Shown here: in pieces, positions 18,488 to 28,695 of the stretch
Layout of the letters: the number at the start of each line of letters is the position of its first letter
How positions within the stretch are numbered: the first letter of the stretch is position 1
From: Bacteroides sp.
GTDB lineage: Bacteria; Bacteroidota; Bacteroidia; Bacteroidales; Bacteroidaceae
DNA: 64,000 bases
Reading direction: 5' to 3'
Assembly (NCBI GenBank): GCA_031554665.1
Contig: JAVBVA010000009.1
Span: forward strand, 2,911 to 66,910
Translations under genes and position numbers: made by a program
The notes under the pieces: model-generated
The model's input: only the letters and a program-made list of their open reading frames with translations
Told to the model about the DNA's origin: nothing
Database searches by the model: none

Positions 18488-20437
18488 ATGAAATTACATA
18501 AATATATACTTTTAGCACTCACCGCCGTTGCATTAGCTTCGTGTGATGATTTTCTGGAGGTTGAATCTCCCTCTGCATTCGATACAGATTATGTATTCTC
18601 TACTGTAGCAGATACCGATAAAATGTTATTGGGCGTATACGCTTGTTTCCCACCCGATGCATATACTTCGAGAATGTCGAACGTTTTCATGCAGAATACC
18701 GACGTAGAAGCTACCGGTGTTTCGGCTGCCCCTGACGGAAGCCGTCGTGACGTGTGGTCTTTGGAAGGCGGATTGCTCCAGAACTTTGCCGACATGAAAA
18801 CTTGCTGGAATAACTGTTACTTGGCCATCGACCGTGCTAACCAATGTATTGAAGGTATCCAGGCAAGCGCTTTGTATAATAGCGGCGATGCCCAAATGAA
18901 GCAATTGCTCGGCGAGGCTTACTGTTTGCGTGCTTACTGGTACTTCATGTTGTGCAACTTTTGGGGAGACGTGCCTTTGGCACTGAAAGCTTCTAAAGCA
19001 GGTATGGATTTGAATACTCCGCGTGTTGACAAAAACATCATTTACTCGCAAGTTATTCAAGACATCATCAACGTTGAAGAACTCATGTTGTGGGCCGATA
19101 AGTCAAGCTATGGAATCGAAAGAATGAACCGCGAATTTGCGTTGGGTATGATTGCTCGTCTTTCTTTGTTCCGTGCCGGATATGCTACCACCCAAGATGG
19201 TAAATCTCAGAAGGCAGATAGTTACATGAGCGAACTTCCGGAAGTAACTTACACCATCAATGGCACAACTAAAACTGCTAAAACATCTACTGAATACTGC
19301 CAGGTGGCTAAAGATTATTGCCAGAAACTGATTTCATTGAAAGACCGTGCATTGAATCCTGATTTTGCAAAGATCTTCTACAACCAGTGTAGATTTGAAT
19401 CTCCGGTGAACGACGATATCTTGTTCGAGGTAGCATTCGTAAAGAATGGCGGTGGCGACGTGGGTTGGTGTATTGGCCTTTCGGTAGACGGTGGTACGTA
19501 TGGTAGCGGTGGTTCTTATATCGCTTTCCCGGTAACTTACTACTACTCGTTCGATGATCAGGACTTGCGTCTGAACACCACTTGCTCATTAGTGAAATAT
19601 ACCAACGAAACCACACAGGCTATCCTTGGCGCCAATGGAACCGTTCCCGGAAAATGGTGCAGATTGTGGCTGAAAGAAGCTCCGGGTTCCTCTTCCTCTA
19701 AGGGTACAGGTATTAACTGGCCGCTTATGCGCTATTCAGACGTCCTGTTGATGCTGGCCGAAGCCGAAAACGAAATCAATGGTCCGACAAGCATTGCAAA
19801 AGATGCGTTGAAACGCGTACGTAACCGTGCCTTCGCTGCTGAAGACAGAGGTATCAAGGTAGAACAATATGTAAATAATCTGACTGACAAGCAAGCATTC
19901 TTCAATGCCATTGTCAACGAACGTGCCTGGGAATTCGGTGGAGAATGTATGCGTAAGTTCGACCTGATCCGTTGGGGTAACTACGGACAAAAGATTGTAG
20001 AAACAAAGAAAGCATTAACAAACATGGGTCTGGCTGCAAACAAACAACAACTGGACAACCCGGAAGTGGCCAAGTATGCTGATTTGGCAGACGTATTCTA
20101 CTATCAACTGACCAACGGTAAGATTATTATTGCCAATCCGCGTTATAAAACGACAGACATTCCGACAGAAAAGATTGTAGCGTCTGCCAACTTAAAAGAC
20201 GGTGACGGTAACTATGTTGCTCAAAGCTGGACAAAATCGCTTGTAAAGAAAGTAACTACCGATGGTGTAGATACTTGGGAAGAAGCAGACTTCACCGCCA
20301 GAAGCTGGAGAGGATATAAAGATGCAACCGGTGTTTCACCTGTTCCTTACTACCTCCCTATTGCATACGAAATTGTAGCTAACAGTAACGGTGTATTAAG
20401 CAACAAGGGTTACGGATTAGTGTTATCTAACAACTAA
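18488..20437 (+). CDS. susD: SusD-like glycan-binding lipoprotein
   Basis: Lipobox LASC-DDF; GEAYCLRA, RYSDVLLMLAEA and ERAWEFGGE..R..DLIRWG motifs; directly follows susC. Confidence 0.95.
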   Translation: MKLHKYILLALTAVALASCDDFLEVESPSAFDTDYVFSTVADTDKMLLGVYACFPPDAYTSRMSNVFMQNTDVEATGVSAAPDGSRRDVWSLEGGLLQNFADMKTCWNNCYLAIDRANQCIEGIQASALYNSGDAQMKQLLGEAYCLRAYWYFMLCNFWGDVPLALKASKAGMDLNTPRVDKNIIYSQVIQDIINVEELMLWADKSSYGIERMNREFALGMIARLSLFRAGYATTQDGKSQKADSYMSELPEVTYTINGTTKTAKTSTEYCQVAKDYCQKLISLKDRALNPDFAKIFYNQCRFESPVNDDILFEVAFVKNGGGDVGWCIGLSVDGGTYGSGGSYIAFPVTYYYSFDDQDLRLNTTCSLVKYTNETTQAILGANGTVPGKWCRLWLKEAPGSSSSKGTGINWPLMRYSDVLLMLAEAENEINGPTSIAKDALKRVRNRAFAAEDRGIKVEQYVNNLTDKQAFFNAIVNERAWEFGGECMRKFDLIRWGNYGQKIVETKKALTNMGLAANKQQLDNPEVAKYADLADVFYYQLTNGKIIIANPRYKTTDIPTEKIVASANLKDGDGNYVAQSWTKSLVKKVTTDGVDTWEEADFTARSWRGYKDATGVSPVPYYLPIAYEIVANSNGVLSNKGYGLVLSNN

Positions 20438-20458
20438 TAACAAATAAGATTTTAAGTC

Positions 20459-22051
20459 ATGAAGAAAAAATATTTTATACCATACATTATAGGAAGCTTG
20501 TTGCTCTGCACTGCTTTCTTCACCAGCTGTGATGATGACGAAAATCTGGGAGAAGCTCCTCGCTTATTTTCACCCCAGATCAACAAAAGCAAGATTGAAA
20601 GTCCCGCTAACTGGATTCTGATTTCCTGGGACAGATACGTAGGCAGCAAAAAATACTTAGTAGAACTCAGTCAGGACACCTTCGCGACTGCACCGATCCA
20701 TACAGCCGAAGTAGATACTACTTTCTACAAATTTACCGACTTGAAGTGGGGAGAAAAATATCAGGTACGTATGACTGCTTTTGGTGATAACATTAAGTCT
20801 AAGCCTGTGATTACGTATGGGCTTCAAACTTCTGCTTATCCAACCAAAATGAACAGAGTCATTATTACCGACATTGCTATTCGGATTATGTGGGAAGTTG
20901 CCGGCGAAAACTATACATCAATTGTGGTTTCCAAAGGAAAAGAAGTGATAAAGACTGTTGAAGTATCTGCAGAAGAATACGCAGACGGTTCCAAGATTAT
21001 CACAGGTCTTTCACCTGAAACGACGTATAGCATCGAAGCTTATTCGGGAACTGATTATAAAGGAAAGGTTACTCTAACTACCATCAAAGCTCAGGTATTC
21101 GAAGGGAATGTGGTTGACTTGCGCGAATTGTCAGACGCAGAAGCGTTGGGTTATATTACCACTGCCTTCATTGCCGGTTTGGAAGACAACACTACAGTAG
21201 TATTGAATGGTGGAACGGTGTATAACATCAATGGTCCCTCATTTACAAGTAAGTCTGTTAAGTTCATCACCGGATACTCACTTTTGGGTCCTGCTCAATT
21301 CTCTATGGCTTCTGACCTGAAGATCCCGGCTGGTGTAAATGTACCAAAGATTGAGTTCGAAGGTATTTACTTCTATACTCCGAATGTAGATAATTCCACT
21401 TCCAACTATGGAGGTAAGTATGTATTCAACTTAAACACAGCAGCAAATGCATCGCTGATTTCATTCGAAAACTGTCAGATCAGATACTTCCGCGGTATAT
21501 TTAGATTACAGTCCGGTCCAGTAATTGAAAAAGCACGGATTAACCGTTGTACAATTGACCGTATTGGCGGTTATGGTATCTTGAATGTGGATAATTCGGC
21601 TGCGACAATGGGCGAAATGGTACTGAGCAACTCTACTATTACTTATGCCGACAAGCTTCTTGTAAACAGCAAAGCTAACACTACTACTTCTGTACTGGTT
21701 GATGGCTGTACAATTTACGCTTCGCCTGCATCTGGAAGCTATGGTTTCGACTTTAACGGCATGTCTCCGAAAGTAGTTATGAAGAACAACATTCTGGGCT
21801 ACAGTGCAAACGCAAGCTTCTACCGTTCGGCTTCAAAGGATTTGACATTTGAGAATAACCACCAAACGAGCGACTGTAAAATTGCAGTAGACGCTAATAG
21901 TTTGAAAGTGGGTGAATTCCCGGATGTTAAGATCTATAGTGGCAGTTCTACCGATCTGTTTGCAGATCCTTCTAACTTTGACTTCACCATCAAAGATAAT
22001 AAATTCGAAGGTGCCAAAACAGCTGGTGCGCCGACTTGGAGAATGCAATAA
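20459..22051 (+). CDS. Surface glycan-binding lipoprotein (FN3 plus DUF4957/DUF5123-like beta-helix)
   Basis: Lipobox FTSC-DDD, FN3-like segments, C-terminal GAPTWR; position after susD. Confidence 0.75.
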   Translation: MKKKYFIPYIIGSLLLCTAFFTSCDDDENLGEAPRLFSPQINKSKIESPANWILISWDRYVGSKKYLVELSQDTFATAPIHTAEVDTTFYKFTDLKWGEKYQVRMTAFGDNIKSKPVITYGLQTSAYPTKMNRVIITDIAIRIMWEVAGENYTSIVVSKGKEVIKTVEVSAEEYADGSKIITGLSPETTYSIEAYSGTDYKGKVTLTTIKAQVFEGNVVDLRELSDAEALGYITTAFIAGLEDNTTVVLNGGTVYNINGPSFTSKSVKFITGYSLLGPAQFSMASDLKIPAGVNVPKIEFEGIYFYTPNVDNSTSNYGGKYVFNLNTAANASLISFENCQIRYFRGIFRLQSGPVIEKARINRCTIDRIGGYGILNVDNSAATMGEMVLSNSTITYADKLLVNSKANTTTSVLVDGCTIYASPASGSYGFDFNGMSPKVVMKNNILGYSANASFYRSASKDLTFENNHQTSDCKIAVDANSLKVGEFPDVKIYSGSSTDLFADPSNFDFTIKDNKFEGAKTAGAPTWRMQ

Positions 22052-22070
22052 TACATTCAATAGGTAGTTT

Positions 22071-22120
22071 AAGAAAGGAGATATCCCGATTCATTTCGGG
22101 GTATTCTCCTTTCTTCTTTT
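22071..22120 (+). terminator. Intrinsic terminator of the susCD operon
   Basis: aagaaaggagatatcccga ... tcggggtattctcctttctt followed by ctttt. Confidence 0.85.
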
Positions 22121-22239
22121 TACAAAAAAAGAATATTCGAGCGAAATAGTTGAAAACAGCTTGATTTAGCATTATTTTTTACTATATTTGGCAATTGCTA
22201 CCAACGTAAACTCACTAAAATAACTTTACACATCATACC

Positions 22240-23448
22240 ATGAAAAGACTACATTCCATATTGAGCCTCCTGTTCTTGTTATCTGCAACGACCATCTATG
22301 CACAAATCAACCTGCGTCCCGGATACATCATCACCAACCTGAACGACACCGTTCAGGGCCAGATAGACTTCCGGACGGACGAACGGAACACTACTGTTTG
22401 TGATTTCTACCCGGCAGGAAGCAGCCAGAAAGAATCATACAAACCGGGCGATATCTATGCATACCGCTTTACAGACGATGGAAAGTTCTATGTCACACGG
22501 AAAGTCACCATCGACGATAGTCCCCAAACTGTATTTCTGGAATACCTCATTAAAGGAGTGGTCAGCCTGTACTATTACAGAGGCGAAACCGATCGCTTCT
22601 TCTTCGAAAATGAAGAAGGACAGATGGTCGAGGCGATTGAAAATATCCAGAAAATCGATACCCAGTCAGGCCATGATGTTATCCGCACCAATAAACAGTA
22701 TGTGGGAGTGATGACGTGGATGTTCCAAAACAGCGACAAGGTGAAAAAGCAACTCCCCAAGGTGGACCTCACCAAGAGCGATCTGATTAAAATCACCAAA
22801 GAGTACCACTACGAAACCTGCGAAACGGGCGAGCAATGCATCGAATTCGAGAACAAACGTGATAGGCGTTACGTAAAGTTTGCCTTTAACGTTGCTGCCG
22901 GAATACGCGTACATCGTTTGGATGTGGATGGGTACATCTATAACAGTTGGGAAATGACACCCATCCTGCAAAAAGCTTCATCCCCTGTCATTACCATAGG
23001 AACCAATATATCCGTTCCCCGTCTGGGCCCCACATTCAGCCTGCAAATAGAAGCCGATTTGAGCAAGGTTGACGGTGAAAGTCGCTACAAGCTCAACTCT
23101 AATGGATATCCGCACATTACATTTAGTTCGCTCATCACCGATTTGCGCATAGGAGGCCGGGTGAAACTGTTCGAAGGCAAAGTATATCCCTTTATTGAAG
23201 GAGGACTCACCTACTCGCGCATCTGGAATACCGATGGCACGATAATTCCCTACTCAAAGAATGCCCCGGAAGGCATAAGAGAGGTTAGGCTCAACATAAC
23301 CAAAGGCTACTTTGGTGTCTATGCCACTGCCGGTCTGGTAATTGAGCTAAAGAAACACAGCTTCATCCTTCAAGGATTGTTTCAGTACCGTACACAAATG
23401 GAAGATAAGCTCAATACTTATGGAGGGAGTGTAGGTTTTACCTTCTAA
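22240..23448 (+). CDS. Outer-membrane beta-barrel protein, paralog 1 of 3
   Basis: Signal peptide, conserved N-terminal domain, amphipathic beta-strands, C-terminal Phe (SVGFTF). -7 element TATATTTG at 22183-22190. Confidence 0.75.
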   Translation: MKRLHSILSLLFLLSATTIYAQINLRPGYIITNLNDTVQGQIDFRTDERNTTVCDFYPAGSSQKESYKPGDIYAYRFTDDGKFYVTRKVTIDDSPQTVFLEYLIKGVVSLYYYRGETDRFFFENEEGQMVEAIENIQKIDTQSGHDVIRTNKQYVGVMTWMFQNSDKVKKQLPKVDLTKSDLIKITKEYHYETCETGEQCIEFENKRDRRYVKFAFNVAAGIRVHRLDVDGYIYNSWEMTPILQKASSPVITIGTNISVPRLGPTFSLQIEADLSKVDGESRYKLNSNGYPHITFSSLITDLRIGGRVKLFEGKVYPFIEGGLTYSRIWNTDGTIIPYSKNAPEGIREVRLNITKGYFGVYATAGLVIELKKHSFILQGLFQYRTQMEDKLNTYGGSVGFTF

Positions 23449-23522
23449 GGAACAGCCATACAACTCTGTAAAGTCCATCTCCATGCACGTAAACTCAAAA
23501 CGCACTTTAACACCATAGTACC

Positions 23523-24728
23523 ATGAAAAGAATTCAATGCACGTTGACCACCCTGCTTCTGCTCTCCGCGACAACTGCCGTCGCGCAAATTAACCTGCGA
23601 CATGGATACATCATCACCAACCTGAACGATACCATTCAGGGACAGATCGACTTCCGGACGGACGAACGAAACTCTACTGTTTGTGATTTCTACTCGGCAG
23701 GAAGCGACCAGAAAGAGTCATACAAGCCGGGGGATATCTATGCGTACCGCTTTACAGACGACGGAAAATTTTACGTATCACGAAAAGTCACGATCTATGA
23801 CAAACCTCAAACACTATTCCTGGAATACCTTATCAAGGGTGTAGTGAGCCTGTACTATTACAAAGACGACGCAGATCACTTCTTCTTCGAAAACGAAGAA
23901 GGGCGGATGGTCGAAGCTACTAAAGATGTTCAGGAAATTATAACCAGATCCAGCCATACGAATATCCGCACCGGCAAACAATATGTAGGAGTTATGACGT
24001 GGATGTTCCAGGATAGTGAGAAAGTAAAAAAGCAAATTCCCAAGCTGGATCTCACTAAGAGCGACTTGATCAAAATCACCAAAGAGTATCACTACGAAAC
24101 CTGCGAAACGGGTGAGCAATGCATCGAGTTCGAGAACAAACCCGATAAACATTTCTTAGAATTCGCGTTTACAGCAGCTACCGGTGTACGTATGCATAGT
24201 TTGTATTCAAAGTATATGTACCGTAACTGGAAGATGTCCCGGCTAAACTCAAACTTTCCATCGCCTGTCCTTACACTGGGTACCAACATATCCGTTCCGC
24301 GTATGGGTCCTGCAACCAGTGTACAATTAGAAGTCGATTTCAGCCAGATTAACGGAGAAAACGACTACCCCGGAGGTGAAACCGGATATCCGCATATACG
24401 CCTGAAAACGCTGCTTACCGATGTACGTATAGGAGTCCGGCGAAGGCTAAGCGAAAACAAAACATGCCCTTTCATTGAAGGAGGTTTTAATTACTCGCAC
24501 ATCTGGAATGACGAAGGTACGTTGGTTTCTCTCATTAATGGCCCCGCAGAATCCACAAAAGATATCCAAATCAATACTAACGAACACCTCATTGGCATCT
24601 ATGCCGCTGCCGGCGTAGTCATTGGCATGAAGAAGCACAGCCTCATCATTCAAGGTTTGTTTCAGTTCCGGGTGATTATGCAGGACAATCTGGCTACCGC
24701 CGGACTAAGTGTGGGGCTTACGCTCTAA
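23523..24728 (+). CDS. Outer-membrane beta-barrel protein, paralog 2 of 3
   Basis: Same architecture and strong similarity to paralogs 1 and 3. No -7 element of its own was seen. Confidence 0.75.
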   Translation: MKRIQCTLTTLLLLSATTAVAQINLRHGYIITNLNDTIQGQIDFRTDERNSTVCDFYSAGSDQKESYKPGDIYAYRFTDDGKFYVSRKVTIYDKPQTLFLEYLIKGVVSLYYYKDDADHFFFENEEGRMVEATKDVQEIITRSSHTNIRTGKQYVGVMTWMFQDSEKVKKQIPKLDLTKSDLIKITKEYHYETCETGEQCIEFENKPDKHFLEFAFTAATGVRMHSLYSKYMYRNWKMSRLNSNFPSPVLTLGTNISVPRMGPATSVQLEVDFSQINGENDYPGGETGYPHIRLKTLLTDVRIGVRRRLSENKTCPFIEGGFNYSHIWNDEGTLVSLINGPAESTKDIQINTNEHLIGIYAAAGVVIGMKKHSLIIQGLFQFRVIMQDNLATAGLSVGLTL

Positions 24729-24940
24729 ACATAGTCGAGTACAAAGAGCTCATATTGGTATAGTTCTTTGAGTGGAGTATATGTGTTTTGGGAAGTAATC
24801 GCCAAGCTTCGACGTCTTGATTGCAGTGAATTATTCTTCAATCACATTCTGTTGATGAAAAGCACTTCAATCATTATTTTTTACTATATTTGACAATCAT
24901 TATCAATGGAAACTCATAAAACACTTATATCCACAGCACC

Positions 24941-26146
24941 ATGAAAAGACTCCATTACATTCTTAGCTTCGTGTTTCTGTTTGCCATTACTACTGTCTCC
25001 GCGCAAATTAATCTGCGACAAGGGTACATCATCACGAATCTGAACGATACCATTCAGGGGAAGATTGACTTCCGGACAGACGAACGAAATTCCACAGTTT
25101 GCGATTTCTATCCGGCAGGAAGCAACCAACTTGAATCATACAAACCGGGTGATATCTATGCATATCGTTTCTTGGACGACGGCAAGTTCTACGTCACGCG
25201 AAAAGTCACAATCGGCGATACCCCCCAAATGTTATTTCTGGAATACCTTATAAAAGGAGTCGTCAGTCTATACTATTACAAGGGCGAAACCGATCACTTC
25301 TTTTTCGAGAATGAGGAGGGGCAAATGGTCGAAGCAATGAAAAATATCCGGCCAACTACCACCATGGATGGCAATGAAGTTATACGTACCAATAAACAAT
25401 ATATCGGGGTCATGACCTGGATGTTCAAGGGAAGTGATAAAGTGACAAAGCAAATTTCCAAGCTGTCTCTTGTTAAAAGCGACCTGATCAAAATAACCAA
25501 AGAATATCACTACGAAACCTGTGATACGGGTGAGCAATGTATCGAGTTCGAAAACAAGCCCGACAAGCATTTCCTAAAATTCGCTTTTACAGTTGCCGCC
25601 GGGATACGAATGCATAGCCTGAATGTGAAGAATATATACCACGATTGGGACATGTCCAAGGTAAAGATAAACAAGCCATCGCCTGTCATTACACTGGGCG
25701 CCAATATGTACGTCCCACGCATGGGCCCCACATTCAGCCTACAAATAGAAGCCGATTTAAGTAAGATTGAAGGAGAAAGCCACTATCTGGAAAGCGAAAA
25801 TGGATATCCTTATCTGAAAATAAGTTCTCTGGTCACCGATGTACGCATAGGCCCCCGGATAAAGCTATGTGGTGGAAAAGTATCGCCCATCGTCGAGGGA
25901 GGATTAACCTATTCGCGCATCTGGAACACTGATGGTACGGTAACCGGCTATATTAAAGACGACCCGAAAACTGAAAGAGAAGACGAATTCAATATTAGTA
26001 AAAACTACGTTGGGTTCTATGCCACTGCAGGCGTGACTATTGATATCAAGAAGCATAGCCTCATAATTCAAGGATTGTATCAGTACCGGTCACTATTGGA
26101 GGACAAACTCAAGACTTATGGAGTCAGTGCAGGATTTACCTTCTAA
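24941..26146 (+). CDS. Outer-membrane beta-barrel protein, paralog 3 of 3
   Basis: Same architecture; C-terminal SAGFTF. Shares the promoter 21-mer cattattttttactatatttg (24872-24892) with paralog 1 (22170-22190). Confidence 0.75.
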   Translation: MKRLHYILSFVFLFAITTVSAQINLRQGYIITNLNDTIQGKIDFRTDERNSTVCDFYPAGSNQLESYKPGDIYAYRFLDDGKFYVTRKVTIGDTPQMLFLEYLIKGVVSLYYYKGETDHFFFENEEGQMVEAMKNIRPTTTMDGNEVIRTNKQYIGVMTWMFKGSDKVTKQISKLSLVKSDLIKITKEYHYETCDTGEQCIEFENKPDKHFLKFAFTVAAGIRMHSLNVKNIYHDWDMSKVKINKPSPVITLGANMYVPRMGPTFSLQIEADLSKIEGESHYLESENGYPYLKISSLVTDVRIGPRIKLCGGKVSPIVEGGLTYSRIWNTDGTVTGYIKDDPKTEREDEFNISKNYVGFYATAGVTIDIKKHSLIIQGLYQYRSLLEDKLKTYGVSAGFTF

Positions 26147-26186
26147 ACAGAGTGAAGCTGTGAATGCAAATATTATGTCAGGAACT

Positions 26187-26558
26187 TTATACTCCTAACA
26201 CAATATTTGCATCAATATTTAATTTTCGGCTAATTTCACGAGCTATATTTAAAGTTGGATCTACCTTCCCGGATAGATATTCGCTTACTCGTGACGGGCT
26301 AATACCCAAAATTTCAGAAACTTGTTTTTGAGTTAAATTCATTTCGTACATACGAAGCTTAATTACATCCACAAGAGAAGGCTTTTCAATTTTGTGATGC
26401 GCTTTCTCGTATGCTTGTACTAAATCGACGAGTATATCAAGTTCCACATACTCCTTGCTTGTCTTAGGAGTATTATCATCCACACTTTCCACCAATTCAT
26501 CAATTCTTGACATTATGGCGTTGTATTCCGCTTCGGTTGTTATTGTTTTCATAATCAT
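26187..26558 (-). CDS. higA: HigA-type antitoxin (XRE HTH)
   Basis: N-terminal EAEYNAIMSRIDEL..EL..LVDLVQAYE and a C-terminal HTH (LTQKQVSEILGISPSRVSEYLSG). ATG 26558 overlaps the toxin TGA (TGATG). Confidence 0.88.
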   Translation of the reverse strand: MIMKTITTEAEYNAIMSRIDELVESVDDNTPKTSKEYVELDILVDLVQAYEKAHHKIEKPSLVDVIKLRMYEMNLTQKQVSEILGISPSRVSEYLSGKVDPTLNIAREISRKLNIDANIVLGV

Positions 26559-26854
26559 CACACTTTTGAACAATCATTTATTTTATCATAATCCGCATGA
26601 GAGTAGACACCTCTGATATAAACTATTTGAGCTTCAAACAGAACTAATGCTATTAACCTGTATGAGTTGCCTTTTATATTGAAAACATACCTTTTATTAC
26701 CCACCGAATCCACACTGTTAAACATAGATTTAATGTCAGCAAAACAAGTCCATTTAGAATCTTCAACTTTAAAATACCAGTCGTCCAAAGCTGTTTTTGA
26801 ATCCGAATGAGTCTCTGCAAACAACGCTATTTTTTTATAAGCTATTATTCTCAT
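26558..26854 (-). CDS. higB: HigB-type RelE-family toxin
   Basis: MRII..., RYVFNIKGNSYRLIALV and HADYDK motifs; toxin-first gene order. Confidence 0.9.
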   Translation of the reverse strand: MRIIAYKKIALFAETHSDSKTALDDWYFKVEDSKWTCFADIKSMFNSVDSVGNKRYVFNIKGNSYRLIALVLFEAQIVYIRGVYSHADYDKINDCSKV

Positions 26855-26892
26855 GCTTGTATATTTAACGACAAAGATACTACGTTTGTTCT

Positions 26893-26910
26893 AATTATCA
26901 AATGATAATT
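26893..26910. promoter_or_regulatory. Palindromic operator candidate in the higBA promoter
   Basis: aattatca-aa-tgataatt perfect dyad just upstream of the -7 element (caaagata 26872-26879, TATCTTTG on -). Confidence 0.6.
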
Positions 26911-27070
26911 CTATTTTTTAGACCAAAAAAACCACCATCGGCATCTAATAGGCAAGCTTCGACGCTGACCTTTACTGGATTTTATTTACACTTTAGTACC
27001 TGCTAATTCAAACATCGGGTGGCAGATGGCAGAGTGAGTTGCATTTTTTACAGAGAGAGAGAACGATAAA

Positions 27071-27113
27071 GAATCGCCCTTCCAAGAACATTCATTTCTT
27101 CGAAGGGCGATTC
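27071..27113 (-). terminator. Terminator hairpin after the second GH28
   Basis: gaatcgcccttc / gaagggcgattc 12-bp stem. Confidence 0.75.
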
Positions 27114-27136
27114 ATTATATAACACAAAAACTTTTC

Positions 27137-28552
27137 TTACTTCTTCGCGGCAGGATCTCCACTGACACTGAGGTTCTTGAAACGGATATCGTCTGTTTTT
27201 CCGCTGATGTAGTGACTCACTGTTTGTACGCCGGTAAAGGTACTATTGGACACTTCGATATCATAGACATGGGTCACATCTTCGAGGGCAGTGATCATCA
27301 CACCATACTTGCTCTTCTGGCAGGTAACATTGTCCAGATATACATGACGCACCACAGGCGGGAAGTCGCGACAACAAATCTCCCGGGGCTCGTACACCAG
27401 ATTGATCTTCAACACCGCCTCACGGCACTGGCCGCAACGAACATTGCGCACATAGATATTCTCGATCACACCACCGCGACAGGTATTGGTCTTGATACGG
27501 ATCACGCGATCCAGTTCCGGACTATCCATGTCACAGTTCTCCACAAACAGGTTCTTATAACCGCCGGAAATCTCGCTACCGATCACCACACCACCATGTC
27601 CGTTCTTCATCTTGCAGTTGCGCACGATGATATTTTCACTGGGCATGTCCCAACGGCGACCGTCTACATTACGGCCCGACTTGATGGCAATACAATCATC
27701 GCCTGTATCGAAAAAGCAATCTTCGATCAATACATCCTTGCACGATTCCGGGTCGCAACCGTCACCGTTCGGCCCGTCGTTTTCAATGTGTACGCCACGT
27801 ACCGTCAGGTTCTCGCACATCAACGGATGAATCACCCAAAACGGTGAGCGAAGCAACTTCACACCTTCGATCAGTACATTCTTGCATTTGTACAGGTTGA
27901 TGAGTTGAACACGCATACCGTAACCATCGCCCATCTTACGCTCTTCTACAGGAACGCCGTCTTCGTTCCACTTCATGAGTTGCGGGCGGCCGATGCGTTG
28001 GGAGGTGATCCCCTCTTTCCAACCATAATGAACGGCTCCGCACATTGCCCACCAATCGTCGTTTGTCCCGCCACCGTCGATAACGCCTTTTCCGGTGATG
28101 GCCACGTTGGTTTGGTCGTATGCATACACCATGGGTTGGTAGTTATAGCAGTCCATCCCTTCCCAGCGGGTAAGTACCAGCGGGTATTGCGACAAGTCTT
28201 TGGTGAAGAGCAGGGTAGCTCCTTCGCTCACATGCAGGTTGACGTTGCTTTTCAGGGTAAGCGGACCGGTGTGCCAGGTTCCGGCAGGTACCATTACCGT
28301 TCCCCCACCCTGCGCACTGCACTTGGCGATGGCGTTGTTGATGGCTTTGGTGTTCAGAAACTTCGGGTTATCGGGTTTGGCTCCGAACTTGGTTATCAGA
28401 TACTCTTTGTTAGGAAAGACAGGCGCTTTGATACGCGCTTCGATGGCTGGATACTCCACACTCCATGCCTCCTCGGCATTCTTGGTTTGCGCTTGCAGGG
28501 ATAGTGCAACGCCTGCCAACAATAGCAGGCAGTAATGTTTCATCAATTTCAT
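27137..28552 (-). CDS. GH28 polygalacturonase family, signal peptide
   Basis: NGDGCDPES, GDDCIAIKSG, GHGGVVIGSE and RIKT motifs. Start moved to ATG 28552 (MKLMKHYCLLLL signal peptide). Confidence 0.93.
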   Translation of the reverse strand: MKLMKHYCLLLLAGVALSLQAQTKNAEEAWSVEYPAIEARIKAPVFPNKEYLITKFGAKPDNPKFLNTKAINNAIAKCSAQGGGTVMVPAGTWHTGPLTLKSNVNLHVSEGATLLFTKDLSQYPLVLTRWEGMDCYNYQPMVYAYDQTNVAITGKGVIDGGGTNDDWWAMCGAVHYGWKEGITSQRIGRPQLMKWNEDGVPVEERKMGDGYGMRVQLINLYKCKNVLIEGVKLLRSPFWVIHPLMCENLTVRGVHIENDGPNGDGCDPESCKDVLIEDCFFDTGDDCIAIKSGRNVDGRRWDMPSENIIVRNCKMKNGHGGVVIGSEISGGYKNLFVENCDMDSPELDRVIRIKTNTCRGGVIENIYVRNVRCGQCREAVLKINLVYEPREICCRDFPPVVRHVYLDNVTCQKSKYGVMITALEDVTHVYDIEVSNSTFTGVQTVSHYISGKTDDIRFKNLSVSGDPAAKK

Positions 28553-28637
28553 GATATGATTAATAAGATTAAATATTCCGGAGGTAAAGATAGAGTGTTT
28601 CGAAAAAGTAAAGTGGTAATAATTGGGATGATTTATG

Positions 28638-28675
28638 GAAAAGGTGCACAAACTGGTTAATTTATGCACCTTTTC
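28638..28675 (-). terminator. Terminator after the HTCS
   Basis: gaaaaggtgca / tgcaccttttc 11-bp stem. Confidence 0.7.
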
Positions 28676-28695
28676 TATAAAGAGGGAAGTAGCTG

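Noticed and set aside
24803-26964. Exact 12-mer caagcttcgacg at 24803-24814 and 26953-26964 flanking OMP paralog 3 plus higBA, as att or target duplication
   Set aside because: Many chance 12-mer pairs are expected in 64 kb, the match does not extend, and no integrase is linked to it.
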